This document shows, piece after piece, positions 35,507 through 45,832 of a stretch of DNA of 64,000 bases (positions are counted from its first letter, which is position 1; every line of letters begins with the position of its first letter). The stretch is from NCBI GenBank assembly GCA_964440545.1, contig CAYTSO010000002.1, positions 8,636 to 72,635 on the forward strand, given 5' to 3'. Source of the stretch: an uncultured Candidatus Saccharibacteria bacterium. GTDB taxonomy: Bacteria; Patescibacteriota; Minisyncoccia; Phycocordibacterales; UBA9973. Under the pieces are notes generated by a model. It was not told the DNA's origin. It saw only the letters and a program-made list of their open reading frames with translations, and did no database searches. A program made the position numbers and the translations under genes.

Positions 35507-37224
35507 TGCTTAATTCTTCCGTACAAAAAATAAAAGATAGATTGTCGATTGAGGAGGTTGTGTCTTCCTACATAAAGCTAGAAAGGGCGGGTAACAACCT
35601 AAAAGCAAAGTGCCCGTTTCATAACGAGAAAACACCATCTTTCTTTGTTTCACCAGACCGGGGAAGTTATTATTGCTTTGGTTGCGGGGCAAAAGGGGAT
35701 ATTTTTACTTTTGTGGAAGAATTTGAAGGACTTGATTTTAGGGGAGCGTTGAAATTACTTGCTGATAAGGCGGGAATAGTTTTGGAAACCTTCAATCCAA
35801 AAGAAGAAAGTGAAAAAGAAAAACTTTATAGAATTATGGATACAGCCTCTTTGTTTTTTGAAAAGAATTTAAGAGAAAATTCAGAAGTTTTATCTTACCT
35901 CAAAGAAAGAGGATTAAACAATGAAAGTATAAAAAATTTTCGTGTTGGTTTCATAAAAAATGAATGGAGGGAATTATACACATATTTTACTGGTAATGGT
36001 TTTAAAGATGGCGAACTAGAAAAAGCTGGATTAATAAAAAAAACAGAAAAAGGATTCTATGATAGATTCCGGGGAAGAATAATGTTTCCTATCTCAGATT
36101 CAAGTGGTAGAATCGTGGCTTTTTCTGGAAGAATATTTACGGACGACGGAAAATCTGCTAAATATTTGAACAGCCCAGAAACCCCGATATTTAATAAATC
36201 TTCTGTTCTTTTCGGCATAGACAAGGCAAAAGAATCAATAAGAAAAAATAATTTTTCTATTCTAGTTGAAGGCCAAATGGATTTAATTTTGGCTCACCAA
36301 GCGGGTTTTAAAAATACCGTTGCTTCTTCGGGGACAGCAATAACGGATTCAGTTTTTTCAAAGGAAAATATTATCAATAATCTAGGACTTATCACTAGAT
36401 TATCAAAAAATATTGTTTTGGCTTACGATGCTGACAAGGCAGGGTTAAATGCCTCAAACCGCTTTGCAAAAATTGCCTTATCTCTAGGGATGGATGTAAA
36501 AGTCGCGAGCATGCCGGAGGGCATGGACCCAGCAGACTTAATCTCAAAAGATGGTGTTGACGCCTGGCGGGAAGCCATAAGAAACTCAAAACATTTTATT
36601 GAGTTTATGCTTGCAAGGATTCTAACAGCTGTTTCTGGAGACAAGAGAAGGGTAGGGAGAGAAATCAAGGAAAAATTGCTTCCTTTTGTAAATGATATTG
36701 AAAGCTCAATAGAAAAATCACATTTTATTGCTTTAATTAGTAATCAGTCAAATATACCGGAAAGCGCTTTAATTGAAGACTTAAAAAAGGTCGAACTTGA
36801 GCAAAAAAAAGAGACAGAAGAAACAAAATCAGCCATAGAAAATGTAGAAAAAAAAATAAGGAAGGATCCGCTTGAGCGCAGGCTTTTGGGTATCGCTTTT
36901 TGGCAAGAGGGTTTAAAAGAGAAAAAAGTCGACCCAAAATTAATTTTTGAAAAACTAAGAAATGTAAAAGAAAAGTATGAAGCAGTCAAAGAAGATTTAA
37001 TTTATGAAGTGGAAGAATTTTATTTAAATGACGAAAAACTAGAAAGAGATGTGGGAGAAATGCTTCTCAATATAGAAGAAGAGTACCTGAACGAAGAACT
37101 AACAGAAAAAATGGCAGAGTTGAAAAATTCCAAAAACAAAGAGAAAGAAACTGAGATATTTAAAAAAATAAATGAAATAAGCAAGAGAAAAGAGGAAATT
37201 AAAAATAATCGTTTTAAAAAATAA
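35506..37224 (+). CDS. dnaG: DNA primase
   Basis: CHC2 zinc finger CPFHNEKTPSFFVSP...CFGCGAKGD, the Toprim segment LVEGQMDLI, and a Glu/Lys-rich C-terminus. Confidence 0.9.
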   Translation: MLNSSVQKIKDRLSIEEVVSSYIKLERAGNNLKAKCPFHNEKTPSFFVSPDRGSYYCFGCGAKGDIFTFVEEFEGLDFRGALKLLADKAGIVLETFNPKEESEKEKLYRIMDTASLFFEKNLRENSEVLSYLKERGLNNESIKNFRVGFIKNEWRELYTYFTGNGFKDGELEKAGLIKKTEKGFYDRFRGRIMFPISDSSGRIVAFSGRIFTDDGKSAKYLNSPETPIFNKSSVLFGIDKAKESIRKNNFSILVEGQMDLILAHQAGFKNTVASSGTAITDSVFSKENIINNLGLITRLSKNIVLAYDADKAGLNASNRFAKIALSLGMDVKVASMPEGMDPADLISKDGVDAWREAIRNSKHFIEFMLARILTAVSGDKRRVGREIKEKLLPFVNDIESSIEKSHFIALISNQSNIPESALIEDLKKVELEQKKETEETKSAIENVEKKIRKDPLERRLLGIAFWQEGLKEKKVDPKLIFEKLRNVKEKYEAVKEDLIYEVEEFYLNDEKLERDVGEMLLNIEEEYLNEELTEKMAELKNSKNKEKETEIFKKINEISKRKEEIKNNRFKK

Positions 37225-37248
37225 ACCATCCGCTTTAGCGGGATAAAT

Positions 37249-38472
37249 ATGAAGAAAAAAGAAAAAAAAATAAACAAGAAGAGTAAAACACTAAAAAAAA
37301 CCAAAAAGATTGGCAAAAAAACCAAAAAAGAGGTAAAGAAATTTTCAAAAAACAGTAAGAAAATTTTTAAAAAAAGTAAAACAAAAAAACTATCCTCTAT
37401 TGAAAGAAAAACCATAGAGCTGGAGAAGCTCTCTAGTGAAATTATTGAAAAAGGGAAAAAGCGTGGTTTTATCACCTATGATGAAATATTAAAAACATTT
37501 CCCGACATAGAAAATAATATTCTATTTTTAGACGAATTGTATGAAAAATTTGGAATAGCTGGCATTGATGTTTTGGAAGGAGGAAATTTGTTGAATTTAG
37601 ATATTGACCTAGATGACAAAAATCTGAACAAAGGAGGAATGCATGATTCTATTCAAATGTATTTGAAGGAAATAGGCCAATATCCACTTATCCATGCTAG
37701 CGATGAAAAAGTTTTAGCCAAGAGAATTGAACAAGGGGATGTTGAAGCAAAAAATTTACTTGCGCGAGCTAATTTGCGTTTGGTTGTTTCCATCGCTAAA
37801 AAATATGTGGGCAGAAGCGCTAATTTGACCCTCCTTGACTTAATCCAAGAAGGAAATCTGGGTTTATTTAAGGCAGTAGAAAAATTTGATTGGACAAAAG
37901 GATATAAATTTTCTACTTACGCCACCTGGTGGATTCGCCAATCCATTACTCGCGCCTTAGCTGATCAATCTAGGACTATCCGTATTCCGGTGCACATGGT
38001 GGAAACAATTTCTAAATATAAACAAACCCATCGTAGATTAAGCCAGGACTTAGGTAGAGAGCCCCTGGCTGAGGAAATAGCCACAGAAATGGGTATTCCA
38101 GTTGAAAAAATCCATGTTATAGAAAACATCAGTCAGGAAACCGTTTCCCTAGAACAGCCGGTGGGAGACGACGACGATAAATCCACATTAGAGAATTTTA
38201 TTCCAGACGACAAAATATTGCGCCCAGATCAAGAATCTTCTCGTAGGATTTTATCTGACCAAATTCGCGAAGTATTAGATGAACTAAATCCCAAAGAAAG
38301 AAAAATTCTAGAAATGCGTTATGGTCTTCTAGACGGAATCCAACATACCCTAGAAAGGGTGGGGGAAGAGTTTGGGGTGACTCGCGAACGGATTCGTCAA
38401 ATCGAGGCAAAGGTGCATGAAAAGCTCCGCCAGCACGAAAAAATTTCTCGCTTAAAGAATTATTTTGATTAA
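37249..38472 (+). CDS. rpoD: RNA polymerase sigma-70 factor (RpoD-like) with a highly Lys-rich N-terminal tail
   Basis: Region 2 [13 protein letters not shown] and region 4 [24 protein letters not shown]. Confidence 0.9.
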   Translation: MKKKEKKINKKSKTLKKTKKIGKKTKKEVKKFSKNSKKIFKKSKTKKLSSIERKTIELEKLSSEIIEKGKKRGFITYDEILKTFPDIENNILFLDELYEKFGIAGIDVLEGGNLLNLDIDLDDKNLNKGGMHDSIQMYLKEIGQYPLIHASDEKVLAKRIEQGDVEAKNLLARANLRLVVSIAKKYVGRSANLTLLDLIQEGNLGLFKAVEKFDWTKGYKFSTYATWWIRQSITRALADQSRTIRIPVHMVETISKYKQTHRRLSQDLGREPLAEEIATEMGIPVEKIHVIENISQETVSLEQPVGDDDDKSTLENFIPDDKILRPDQESSRRILSDQIREVLDELNPKERKILEMRYGLLDGIQHTLERVGEEFGVTRERIRQIEAKVHEKLRQHEKISRLKNYFD

Positions 38473-38475
38473 AAC

Positions 38476-38508
38476 TAAAAATCCCCTCTTGGGGATTTTT
38501 AGTTTTTT
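38476..38508. terminator. bidirectional rho-independent terminator between convergent rpoD and the dsbA-like gene
   Basis: Hairpin AAAAATCCCC-TCTT-GGGGATTTTT flanked by A-runs and T-runs. Confidence 0.6.
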
Positions 38509-39250
38509 ATTTCAACGCTTCTTCAATTTTTGGTTTTACCGTTGTATATGACTCGGCTCCATCAATCGTTCCAGCAATTCCACCATCTTTGACAATGAAG
38601 CCCTTTGGGGTGCCCGTAACCCCAGCCTCAGACCCACCTGTTTTTTCTTCTGTGACTGCTTGCGCATGTTTTCCTTCATCGAGACATTTATCAAAATTAA
38701 CGGAGTCCAACCCTAATTCCTTAGCAAATAATTTTAAATTAGGATCAGCAAAAGCTCCTTCATTCTCTCCTGCTTGATGGGAAAAAAGATAATCATGATA
38801 TTCCCAGAATTTTCCCTGTTCTCCGGCGCATTTTGCTGCTTCGGCTGATTTTTGAGATTCTGGTCCCAGAAACGCAAAATTTCGATAAATTAATTTTACC
38901 TTTCCGTTTTTTACATAATCATCCATTATTCCAGACATATAGGGTGCCCAACTTGGATCTTTCTGTTTTAAATATTTTACAGCAGGTGATTCATCTGACT
39001 GTAATCCGGTAACAGCTCCACAAAAAGGGCATTGAAAGTCTGCGTATATTACGATTGCAATTTTTGCCTCAGGATTTCCTAATATATTATCTTTCTCACT
39101 AACTGGCGTTAGCGTTGCCGTTGTGACAGGTATTCCACCTTCTTCTTTTGCCGCAGGAGGATTACTTCCTTTTAGTAAAATCGCCCCGGCAATAATGAGC
39201 CCAACCACAATTATTGCGCTGGTTATTTGCTTTTGCTTATCATTTTCCAT
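38507..39250 (-). CDS. secreted DsbA-like thioredoxin-fold thiol:disulfide interchange protein
   Basis: Signal/TM at the N-terminus and a CxxC active site in FQCPFCG. Confidence 0.6.
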   Translation of the reverse strand: MENDKQKQITSAIIVVGLIIAGAILLKGSNPPAAKEEGGIPVTTATLTPVSEKDNILGNPEAKIAIVIYADFQCPFCGAVTGLQSDESPAVKYLKQKDPSWAPYMSGIMDDYVKNGKVKLIYRNFAFLGPESQKSAEAAKCAGEQGKFWEYHDYLFSHQAGENEGAFADPNLKLFAKELGLDSVNFDKCLDEGKHAQAVTEEKTGGSEAGVTGTPKGFIVKDGGIAGTIDGAESYTTVKPKIEEALK

Positions 39251-39372
39251 ATTTTTATTGTTTACCTAATAATAAACAATATTGTAGCATATTTTTTTCT
39301 TTTGTATTACTATTTTTTGTTAGACACAAAATTTGCTTTTGGTTCGTAAAATGCTATATTAATGGACAAGCA

Positions 39373-40617
39373 ATGATTCAATTTTCTGACCTTGTATTAT
39401 ATATTTTAATCTTTTTATCTGTTTATGTGCAGGTGTTTTTTTTCATAACTTTTCTAGAAAACAGGAAAAACATAATCGTCCGCAATGGTAAGGTTAAATT
39501 AAAATCCTATCCTTCTGTAACTATTGCCGTACCCTGCTGGAATGAAGAAAAAACAGTTGAAAAAACGATTCTTTCTCTTTTGGACTTAAATTATCCAAAA
39601 GAGAAGATAAAAATATTTATCCTCGACGATGGTTCTACGGACAATACTTGGAACATAATAAAAAAATTTGAAAAATATCCGAACATAAAAATTTTTCACA
39701 AAGAAAACGGAGGAAAATACACCGCGTTGAATCTAGCGCTTCAACATACCGAGACAGATTTTTTTGGCGGCCTAGATGCTGATTCTTATGCAGACCCTAA
39801 TTCGCTTGTTCGCATTATGAGTTATTTTGAAAAAGATCCTCAGTCTATGGCAGTAGCTCCTTCCGTGGTTGTTTCCGACTCAAAAAATATTATTAAAAAT
39901 GCCCAAAGAGCGGAATATCATATGGGTGTTTATTTTAAAAAGATGCTCTGTTTTTTGGGGGCTATTAATGTAACTCCGGGACCCATGACAATCTTTCGTA
40001 AAAAAGTTTTTGATGATTTGGGCGGATATCGACATGGTCACAATACAGAAGACATGGAGATTGCCTACAGAATGCAGAAATATCATTATAAGATAGAGTA
40101 CTGCAACGATTCCTTCGTTTATACCAATACACCAGGAACGATTAGAAAGCTCTACCGACAGAGACTACGCTGGATTTACGGTTTTATTAACAACACCATT
40201 GATTACAAGAACGTTTTATTTAGAAAAAAATATGGAAATTTTTCTTTTTTCACCCTGCCCATGGGTTTGATTTCCATTGTGTCTGTTACCTATCTTTTTG
40301 GAAAAATAGCGTACAATTTAGCCCATTTTGTCTATCAAAAGATACTTCAATATAAAATTGTTGGTTTCAACCTTCAGGTGAAAAGCTTAGAGCTTGATCC
40401 ATTTTTTATTAACACCCAATTTTTCATATTTTTAATTATTTCTATTTATCTTTTAGTCCTTTTTTCAATTATTTTTGGCAGAAAGATGTCTAATGGAAGA
40501 TGGATGCCGTCTATGGATATTGTTTATTTTTTTCCAGTTTTTGGCCTAGTGGCCCCTTTCTGGTTGATGAAGGCCGTTTTTAATACTATTTTACACAGAA
40601 AACCAGATTGGAGATAA
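39373..40617 (+). CDS. family-2 glycosyltransferase, processive type (cellulose/chitin/PNAG-synthase-like), with C-terminal TM helices
   Basis: DxD-type motifs (ILDDGSTDNT, GGLDADS) and Q(R/Q)xRW (QRLRWIYG). The start was moved to the ATG at 39373; the longer ORF overlaps the divergent gene. Confidence 0.7.
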   Translation: MIQFSDLVLYILIFLSVYVQVFFFITFLENRKNIIVRNGKVKLKSYPSVTIAVPCWNEEKTVEKTILSLLDLNYPKEKIKIFILDDGSTDNTWNIIKKFEKYPNIKIFHKENGGKYTALNLALQHTETDFFGGLDADSYADPNSLVRIMSYFEKDPQSMAVAPSVVVSDSKNIIKNAQRAEYHMGVYFKKMLCFLGAINVTPGPMTIFRKKVFDDLGGYRHGHNTEDMEIAYRMQKYHYKIEYCNDSFVYTNTPGTIRKLYRQRLRWIYGFINNTIDYKNVLFRKKYGNFSFFTLPMGLISIVSVTYLFGKIAYNLAHFVYQKILQYKIVGFNLQVKSLELDPFFINTQFFIFLIISIYLLVLFSIIFGRKMSNGRWMPSMDIVYFFPVFGLVAPFWLMKAVFNTILHRKPDWR

Positions 40618-40645
40618 AAATTATTATAAGAATTTTAACACCAGA

Positions 40646-41338
40646 ATGAACAATAACAGCATAGATTGGAAAAAATACTTACTCGTTTTTATAATTACCG
40701 TTGGTCTTTTTCTTACGGCTATTTATTTAAGTAATTATTTCGGCGAAAAGAAGATGAACCAACTTAAGGCAATTCAAGACCAGATAGCAATAGATATTTT
40801 GTCCTCAGAAACGCAATTTTCTTTACTTTCCGAGCTTTCCTGTAAAAATATTTCTGACTCTGTTTTTTCCAGAGAACTTAACGAACTTGGTAAGAAGCTA
40901 GAATGGAGTCAGGAAAATCTAGGAGCCGCAGAGGAGGTTTCCTACTTAAAAAAGTACTATTCATTACTTCAAATTAAGGATTATTTATTATCGAAAAAAA
41001 TTTCTGAACGCTGTGGTGTAAAATCTGCTTTCATTCTTTATTTTTATACTACAGCGGAAAATTGCAGTTTATGCAAAGAGGAAAGTGCTGTGTTGGGAAC
41101 CCTAAGAAACGAATACCCAGAACTTCGTGTATATTCTTTTGATTATAGTACAGATCTTTCGGCCATAACTTCTATGCTTCAAATTTACAAAATAAAAGAT
41201 ACCGTTCTTCCAGCACTGGTAATTGACGACAATGTTCTTACAGGTTTCCATGGTGTCGAAGAATTAAAGAAGATGATACAGGAATCCTTTAAGTTACAAG
41301 AAGCAACGTTGGAAGAAGTGGATAACACAAAGTCTTAA
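40646..41338 (+). CDS. membrane-anchored hypothetical protein with a CxxC motif (possibly thioredoxin-like)
   Basis: N-terminal TM segment and NCSLCKEE. No confident family assignment. Confidence 0.4.
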   Translation: MNNNSIDWKKYLLVFIITVGLFLTAIYLSNYFGEKKMNQLKAIQDQIAIDILSSETQFSLLSELSCKNISDSVFSRELNELGKKLEWSQENLGAAEEVSYLKKYYSLLQIKDYLLSKKISERCGVKSAFILYFYTTAENCSLCKEESAVLGTLRNEYPELRVYSFDYSTDLSAITSMLQIYKIKDTVLPALVIDDNVLTGFHGVEELKKMIQESFKLQEATLEEVDNTKS

Positions 41339-41353
41339 ATTATTTTTATCTTG

Positions 41354-41426
41354 AGCCGCCTCTCAGATTCGAACTGAGGACCTTCGCTTTACAAAAGCGT
41401 TGCTCTACCAACTGAGCTAAGGCGGC
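41354..41426 (-). tRNA. tRNA-Thr(UGU)
   Basis: The reverse complement folds: acceptor GCCGCCT/AGGCGGC, D-arm GCTC-AGTTGGTA-GAGC, anticodon loop TTTGTAA (TGT), T-arm CTCAG-TTCGAAT-CTGAG. Confidence 0.8.
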
Positions 41427-41449
41427 CTAATTATAATATTGATACATTT

Positions 41450-41860
41450 TTACAGATTTTCTTCCTCTTTTACCTGTTGCTTTATTCTTCTGATTTTATT
41501 TTTATATTCCGAAACCATTTTTAGAAAACTATTTATCTCCTTCTTTTCTTCGGGTGTTCGTTTTTGCCTCTTCTGGTATATTTCTCTTATTTTTGTTTTT
41601 GCCTCTCGGTATTTCTTTTTTAGGAAATTGATCGATCGGAAATAAATTCTAATTGTTATTACTAACAAAATATAACCATGCCTTTTTGTGTTTTTGATAG
41701 TCGCATATTTTATTTCTTCAAAATACGGAGTTTTTGAAAAAATTTCTTCTTCATTTATGTTTAGTATCTGTCCGTCTTGAATCAACTTAAATTTTCTCCC
41801 AACCATATAGGTGATTCCAATCAATGATCCAAAAAACAAAATTAGAAGAAAATATAACAT
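41450..41860 (-). CDS. small hypothetical protein with an N-terminal TM segment
   Basis: ORF only. Lys-rich C-terminus. Confidence 0.35.
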   Translation of the reverse strand: MLYFLLILFFGSLIGITYMVGRKFKLIQDGQILNINEEEIFSKTPYFEEIKYATIKNTKRHGYILLVITIRIYFRSINFLKKKYREAKTKIREIYQKRQKRTPEEKKEINSFLKMVSEYKNKIRRIKQQVKEEENL

Positions 41861-41864
41861 CTCT

Positions 41865-42644
41865 TTATATTACACAAATCTTTATTTCCTTGATTTTTGC
41901 TCCCGCTTTTTCTAAAAGTTTTCCAACCGTTTGTTCCCCATCTTTTATGAAGGGCTGATCCAACAGAGTTCGCTCCTTAAAATAAGTAGCCATTTTTCCA
42001 AGAAGCATTTTTTCTTTTATTTCTGCTGGCTTATCAATCTTGGCAATTTCTTTTTCAAAAACTTCTTTCATTATATTTTTTACATCTTCGCCTATTTCAT
42101 TTGATGAAATATATTCTGGTTTCATGGCTGTTACATGCATCGCAACATCCTTTGCCAGCTCTGAATTTCCACCCTCAAGGCTTACAATAACAGCAGACTT
42201 GCCATTGTGGATATAACTTCCCAAGATACTTCCTTTCACTTCATAGGACTCACCTAGTTGGATATTTTCTCCTGTTTTTTGGATTATCGGGTCTATTATT
42301 TCTTTTGCTTCTTTTTTCATCTCTTCAATCCCATTACTGAATGCTTTGGAAATAAGAGTTTCAAGCAATTTTACAAAGTCCTCATTTTTGGCGACGAAAT
42401 CAGTTTCGCACCCCAGAGAAACCAGAACGGCTTTCCCGTTATCTGCTTTAACAGAAATTGCGCCAGCTTTAATTTCTCTGTCGCTTTTTTTCTCAGCAAT
42501 AGCAGAGCTCGTTTTTTTTAAAATCGCTAGGGCTTTTTTCATATCACCACCAGCTTCAACCAAGGCATTTCTGCATTGCATTACGGAGATGCCCGTGTTG
42601 TCCCGGAGCTCTTTTACTTGCTCTGTGGTAATTTGATTTGACAT
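41865..42644 (-). CDS. tsf: elongation factor Ts
   Basis: N-terminal UBA-like VKELRDNTGISVMQCRNALVEAGGDMKKALAILK. Confidence 0.9.
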   Translation of the reverse strand: MSNQITTEQVKELRDNTGISVMQCRNALVEAGGDMKKALAILKKTSSAIAEKKSDREIKAGAISVKADNGKAVLVSLGCETDFVAKNEDFVKLLETLISKAFSNGIEEMKKEAKEIIDPIIQKTGENIQLGESYEVKGSILGSYIHNGKSAVIVSLEGGNSELAKDVAMHVTAMKPEYISSNEIGEDVKNIMKEVFEKEIAKIDKPAEIKEKMLLGKMATYFKERTLLDQPFIKDGEQTVGKLLEKAGAKIKEIKICVI

Positions 42645-42650
42645 ATATGT

Positions 42651-43412
42651 TTAAAGTTTTTTTTCAGGCGCTGACATTTGGCCTTTCTTGTAAGCTTCTC
42701 CGATGGCGGAAACAAAAAATTTAATAGATGGCATGCTGGCATCATTGGCAATAACTGGATAATCAATTTTTTTCATATTTGAATCTGAATTTATCAAAGC
42801 GACAACCGGAATGCCAGACTTTTTAGCTTCTGTGGCGGCGATATGTTCACTGCGTGCGTCCACAATAAATAGTGCGCTCGGGGTTTTTTTAAGCCCAATC
42901 AATCCAGCGTAATACTTAGTTAGCCTTTCCATTTTTTTTGCCAAGACAGTCCTTTCTCTCTTGGTATATTTAGCCAGCCCGCCCTCTTCTAAATCTTTGC
43001 GATAATTTTCAAGTTCAGTAATTCTTTTTTTTATTTCCGTGAAGTTGGAAAGAGTGCCACCGATCCATCTTTCTGTGACATAAGGCATATTTAAAGATTC
43101 TGCAACCTCCTTCACCGCGTTTTTAGCTTCGGGTTTTGTGCCGACAAAAAGCAAAGTTTTTTCGGCGGCGCCAAGATTTTTTACAAACTCCAAAGCCTCA
43201 TTAAGCATTGCGCTTGTCTTTTCTAGATTAATGATATCACTTCTGTTTTTTGTGGTATATATAAACGAAGAAACAGAAGGATGTCTTCTGGTTTTACTGT
43301 AGCCATAATGGGCCCCAGCCTTAAACATTTTTTCTATAATTGCATCGTCTCCTTTCTTTAATTCTGCTTTTTGCATACCGCTTAATATAACAGAAAGCCA
43401 TCTTTTTTGCAA
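42651..43412 (-). CDS. rpsB: 30S ribosomal protein S2. The true start may be the ATG at ~43376.
   Basis: KAGAHYGYSKTRRHP aligns to the S2 N-terminus (AGVHFGHQTRRWNP). The tsf gene lies immediately downstream. Confidence 0.88.
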   Translation of the reverse strand: MQKRWLSVILSGMQKAELKKGDDAIIEKMFKAGAHYGYSKTRRHPSVSSFIYTTKNRSDIINLEKTSAMLNEALEFVKNLGAAEKTLLFVGTKPEAKNAVKEVAESLNMPYVTERWIGGTLSNFTEIKKRITELENYRKDLEEGGLAKYTKRERTVLAKKMERLTKYYAGLIGLKKTPSALFIVDARSEHIAATEAKKSGIPVVALINSDSNMKKIDYPVIANDASMPSIKFFVSAIGEAYKKGQMSAPEKKL

Positions 43413-43536
43413 ATTTTTTTCTTATTTAATACAAGGGTTTTTCTTTGACCAAAAGACTTTTTTCGGGCTAAATCTGATGATAAATCAGATCGCCCGAACT
43501 TTTGCAAAGCAAAAAGTTTTAAGGTAAGATGGGCCT

Positions 43537-44796
43537 ATGAGACAATCTAAACTTTTTACAAAAACTAGGAAGGAGGCGCCAACAGACGAAATTTCTAAAA
43601 ATGCGGAACTCTTAATCCGGGGCGGTTTTGTGCACAAAGAAATGGCGGGGGTCTACAGTTATTTGCCATTGGGGTTGCGGGTTCTAAAAAAAATAGAAGA
43701 GATTATTCGGGAGGAAATGAATGAGATTGGGGGAGTAGAAATGCGAACCGCGGTGTTACAGAATAAGGAGGTATGGGAAAAAACAAATAGATGGAGCGAT
43801 GAGGTTGTAGACAACTGGTTTAAAACAAAGTTAAAAAACGGCGGAGAAGTCGGCTTGTCTTTTACCAACGAAGAGGCCTACTCAAATCTTTTAAAACAAT
43901 ACGTAAATTCATATAAAGATTTACCAATTTATCCTTATGATTTTAAAAATATTTTTCGCAATGAAACAAGGAGTAAATCTGGAATGATGCGAGGTAGAGA
44001 GTTTTACTGGAAAGCGCTTTATTCTTTTTCTAAAAATGAAACAGAACATAATAATTTTTACGAGAAAGCCAAAACAGCTTATCAGAACATTTTTAAAAAA
44101 ATTGGCATTGGTCATCTTACTTATTTAACCTTTGCCTCGGGTGGTAGTTTTTCAAAATTTTCCCACGAATTTCAGACATTGACTTCAGCCGGGGAGGATA
44201 CTATTTATTTAGATGAAAATTCTAGCGTTGCAATAAACAAGGAAGTTTATAATGATGAAACGATTTCCCAGCTTGGTTTAAAAAAAGAAAATATGGTGGA
44301 AAAAAAGGCAGTAGAGGTAGGAAATATCTTTTCGCTTGGGACAAAATTTTCTGCACCTTTTGATCTAAAATACAAGGACGAGAGCGGAGCAGAAAAAACC
44401 ATAATCATGGGTAGCTATGGCATTGGTTTGGGTCGACTGATGGGCACAGTAGTAGAAGTCCTTTCTGACGACAAGGGAATAGTATGGCCGGAGGCGATTG
44501 CGCCATTTACGGTGCATTTATTGGCCTTAGGTGATGATAAAGAAGTATTGGAGGAAGCAAATAAAATTTATGATAGTTTACAGAAAGTAGGAATTGAGGT
44601 CTTTTTTGATGACAGGGAAGGAATGTCAGCCGGAGAAAAATTTTCCGATGCGGATTTAATTGGTATACCTTATCGAGCGGTTGTTTCTACAAGAAGCATG
44701 AAAGAGAAAGGAGTAGAACTTAAAAAACGCACTGAAGAAAAGGGGGAGATAGTTTCTCTTGATAAGCTTTTAGAGATTTTTAAAGATGTTAGATAA
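43537..44796 (+). CDS. proS: proline--tRNA ligase
   Basis: Class II motifs and the N-terminus MRQSKLFTKTRKEAPTDEISKNAELLIRGGF. The C-terminus has an anticodon-binding domain. Confidence 0.85.
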   Translation: MRQSKLFTKTRKEAPTDEISKNAELLIRGGFVHKEMAGVYSYLPLGLRVLKKIEEIIREEMNEIGGVEMRTAVLQNKEVWEKTNRWSDEVVDNWFKTKLKNGGEVGLSFTNEEAYSNLLKQYVNSYKDLPIYPYDFKNIFRNETRSKSGMMRGREFYWKALYSFSKNETEHNNFYEKAKTAYQNIFKKIGIGHLTYLTFASGGSFSKFSHEFQTLTSAGEDTIYLDENSSVAINKEVYNDETISQLGLKKENMVEKKAVEVGNIFSLGTKFSAPFDLKYKDESGAEKTIIMGSYGIGLGRLMGTVVEVLSDDKGIVWPEAIAPFTVHLLALGDDKEVLEEANKIYDSLQKVGIEVFFDDREGMSAGEKFSDADLIGIPYRAVVSTRSMKEKGVELKKRTEEKGEIVSLDKLLEIFKDVR

Positions 44797-45832
44797 ATTT
44801 TATAAATTAATATCAAACGACATTGGTATAGACTTGGGTACTTCTAACACTCTGGTTTATTTAAAGGGCCATGGAATTGTAATAAACGAACCATCAGTCG
44901 TAGCAGTAAATATTAAGACCAATCAAATCTTAGCTGTTGGCACAGCCGCCAAGGAGATGCTAGGACGTACGCCGGGACATATCAAGGCCATTCGTCCGCT
45001 AGTAGATGGAGTGATTTCAGACTTTGAGGTTACGGAGGAGATGCTTTCATATTTGATAAATAAAGCAGATAGAATTTCAAAAAAAATAGCACGGCCAAGA
45101 GTTTTAATAGGAGTGCCTTCTGGAACGACTAACGTAGAAACGCGAGCTGTGTACGATGCGGCGCGCAGTGCTGGTGCCAGAGAGGTGCACTTGGTTGAAG
45201 AGCCCATGGCGGCTGCTATTGGCGTTCGTCTTCCCATAAAGGAACCGGTCGGGTCTATGATTATAGACATCGGGGGTGGAACTACGGACATTGCAGTTAT
45301 TTCTTTAGGAGGAATTGTTAAATCAAAAAATCTTAAAATAGCCGGTGATAAATTAAATAATGACATTATTACTTACATGCGGGATGAGTTTAAGATACTT
45401 ATCGGGGAAAGGACAGCAGAAATGGTAAAGGTTGCTATTGGTTCAGTTTTGCCAGGAGAGTATTTGGAGACAGAAGTTCACGGAAGAGATTTATTAACTG
45501 GCTTACCCAGAGAAGTGGTAGTTACGGATTCTGATATTCGTGAAGCTCTCTCTAGCTCTATTAAGGGCTTGGTGGAAGGAATAAAAGATATGCTAGAAAC
45601 AACTCCTCCGGAAATTTTGTCTGATATTATGCATCAAGGAATCACTCTTTCTGGAGGCGGGGCTTTGTTGCCGGGACTTGACCAGTTATTGCAAAGAGTA
45701 TTGAAGATTCCGGTTCAAGTAGTAGAGGATCCACTTTCGGCGGTAGCTCGCGGTACCGGAGTAATATTAGATGACATCTCTCTTTATAAAGAGGTTTTGA
45801 TTAGACATCAAGATGAGCTACCTCCTAGATAA
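44786..45832 (+). CDS. mreB: rod shape-determining protein MreB
   Basis: IGIDLGTSNTLVY and the actin-fold phosphate motifs. Confidence 0.93.
   Translation: MLDKFYKLISNDIGIDLGTSNTLVYLKGHGIVINEPSVVAVNIKTNQILAVGTAAKEMLGRTPGHIKAIRPLVDGVISDFEVTEEMLSYLINKADRISKKIARPRVLIGVPSGTTNVETRAVYDAARSAGAREVHLVEEPMAAAIGVRLPIKEPVGSMIIDIGGGTTDIAVISLGGIVKSKNLKIAGDKLNNDIITYMRDEFKILIGERTAEMVKVAIGSVLPGEYLETEVHGRDLLTGLPREVVVTDSDIREALSSSIKGLVEGIKDMLETTPPEILSDIMHQGITLSGGGALLPGLDQLLQRVLKIPVQVVEDPLSAVARGTGVILDDISLYKEVLIRHQDELPPR

Noticed and set aside
39214-39372. N-terminal 53-aa extension of the glycosyltransferase ORF
   Set aside because: It overlaps the divergent dsbA-like gene start region. The conserved GT2 fold begins after the ATG at 39373.
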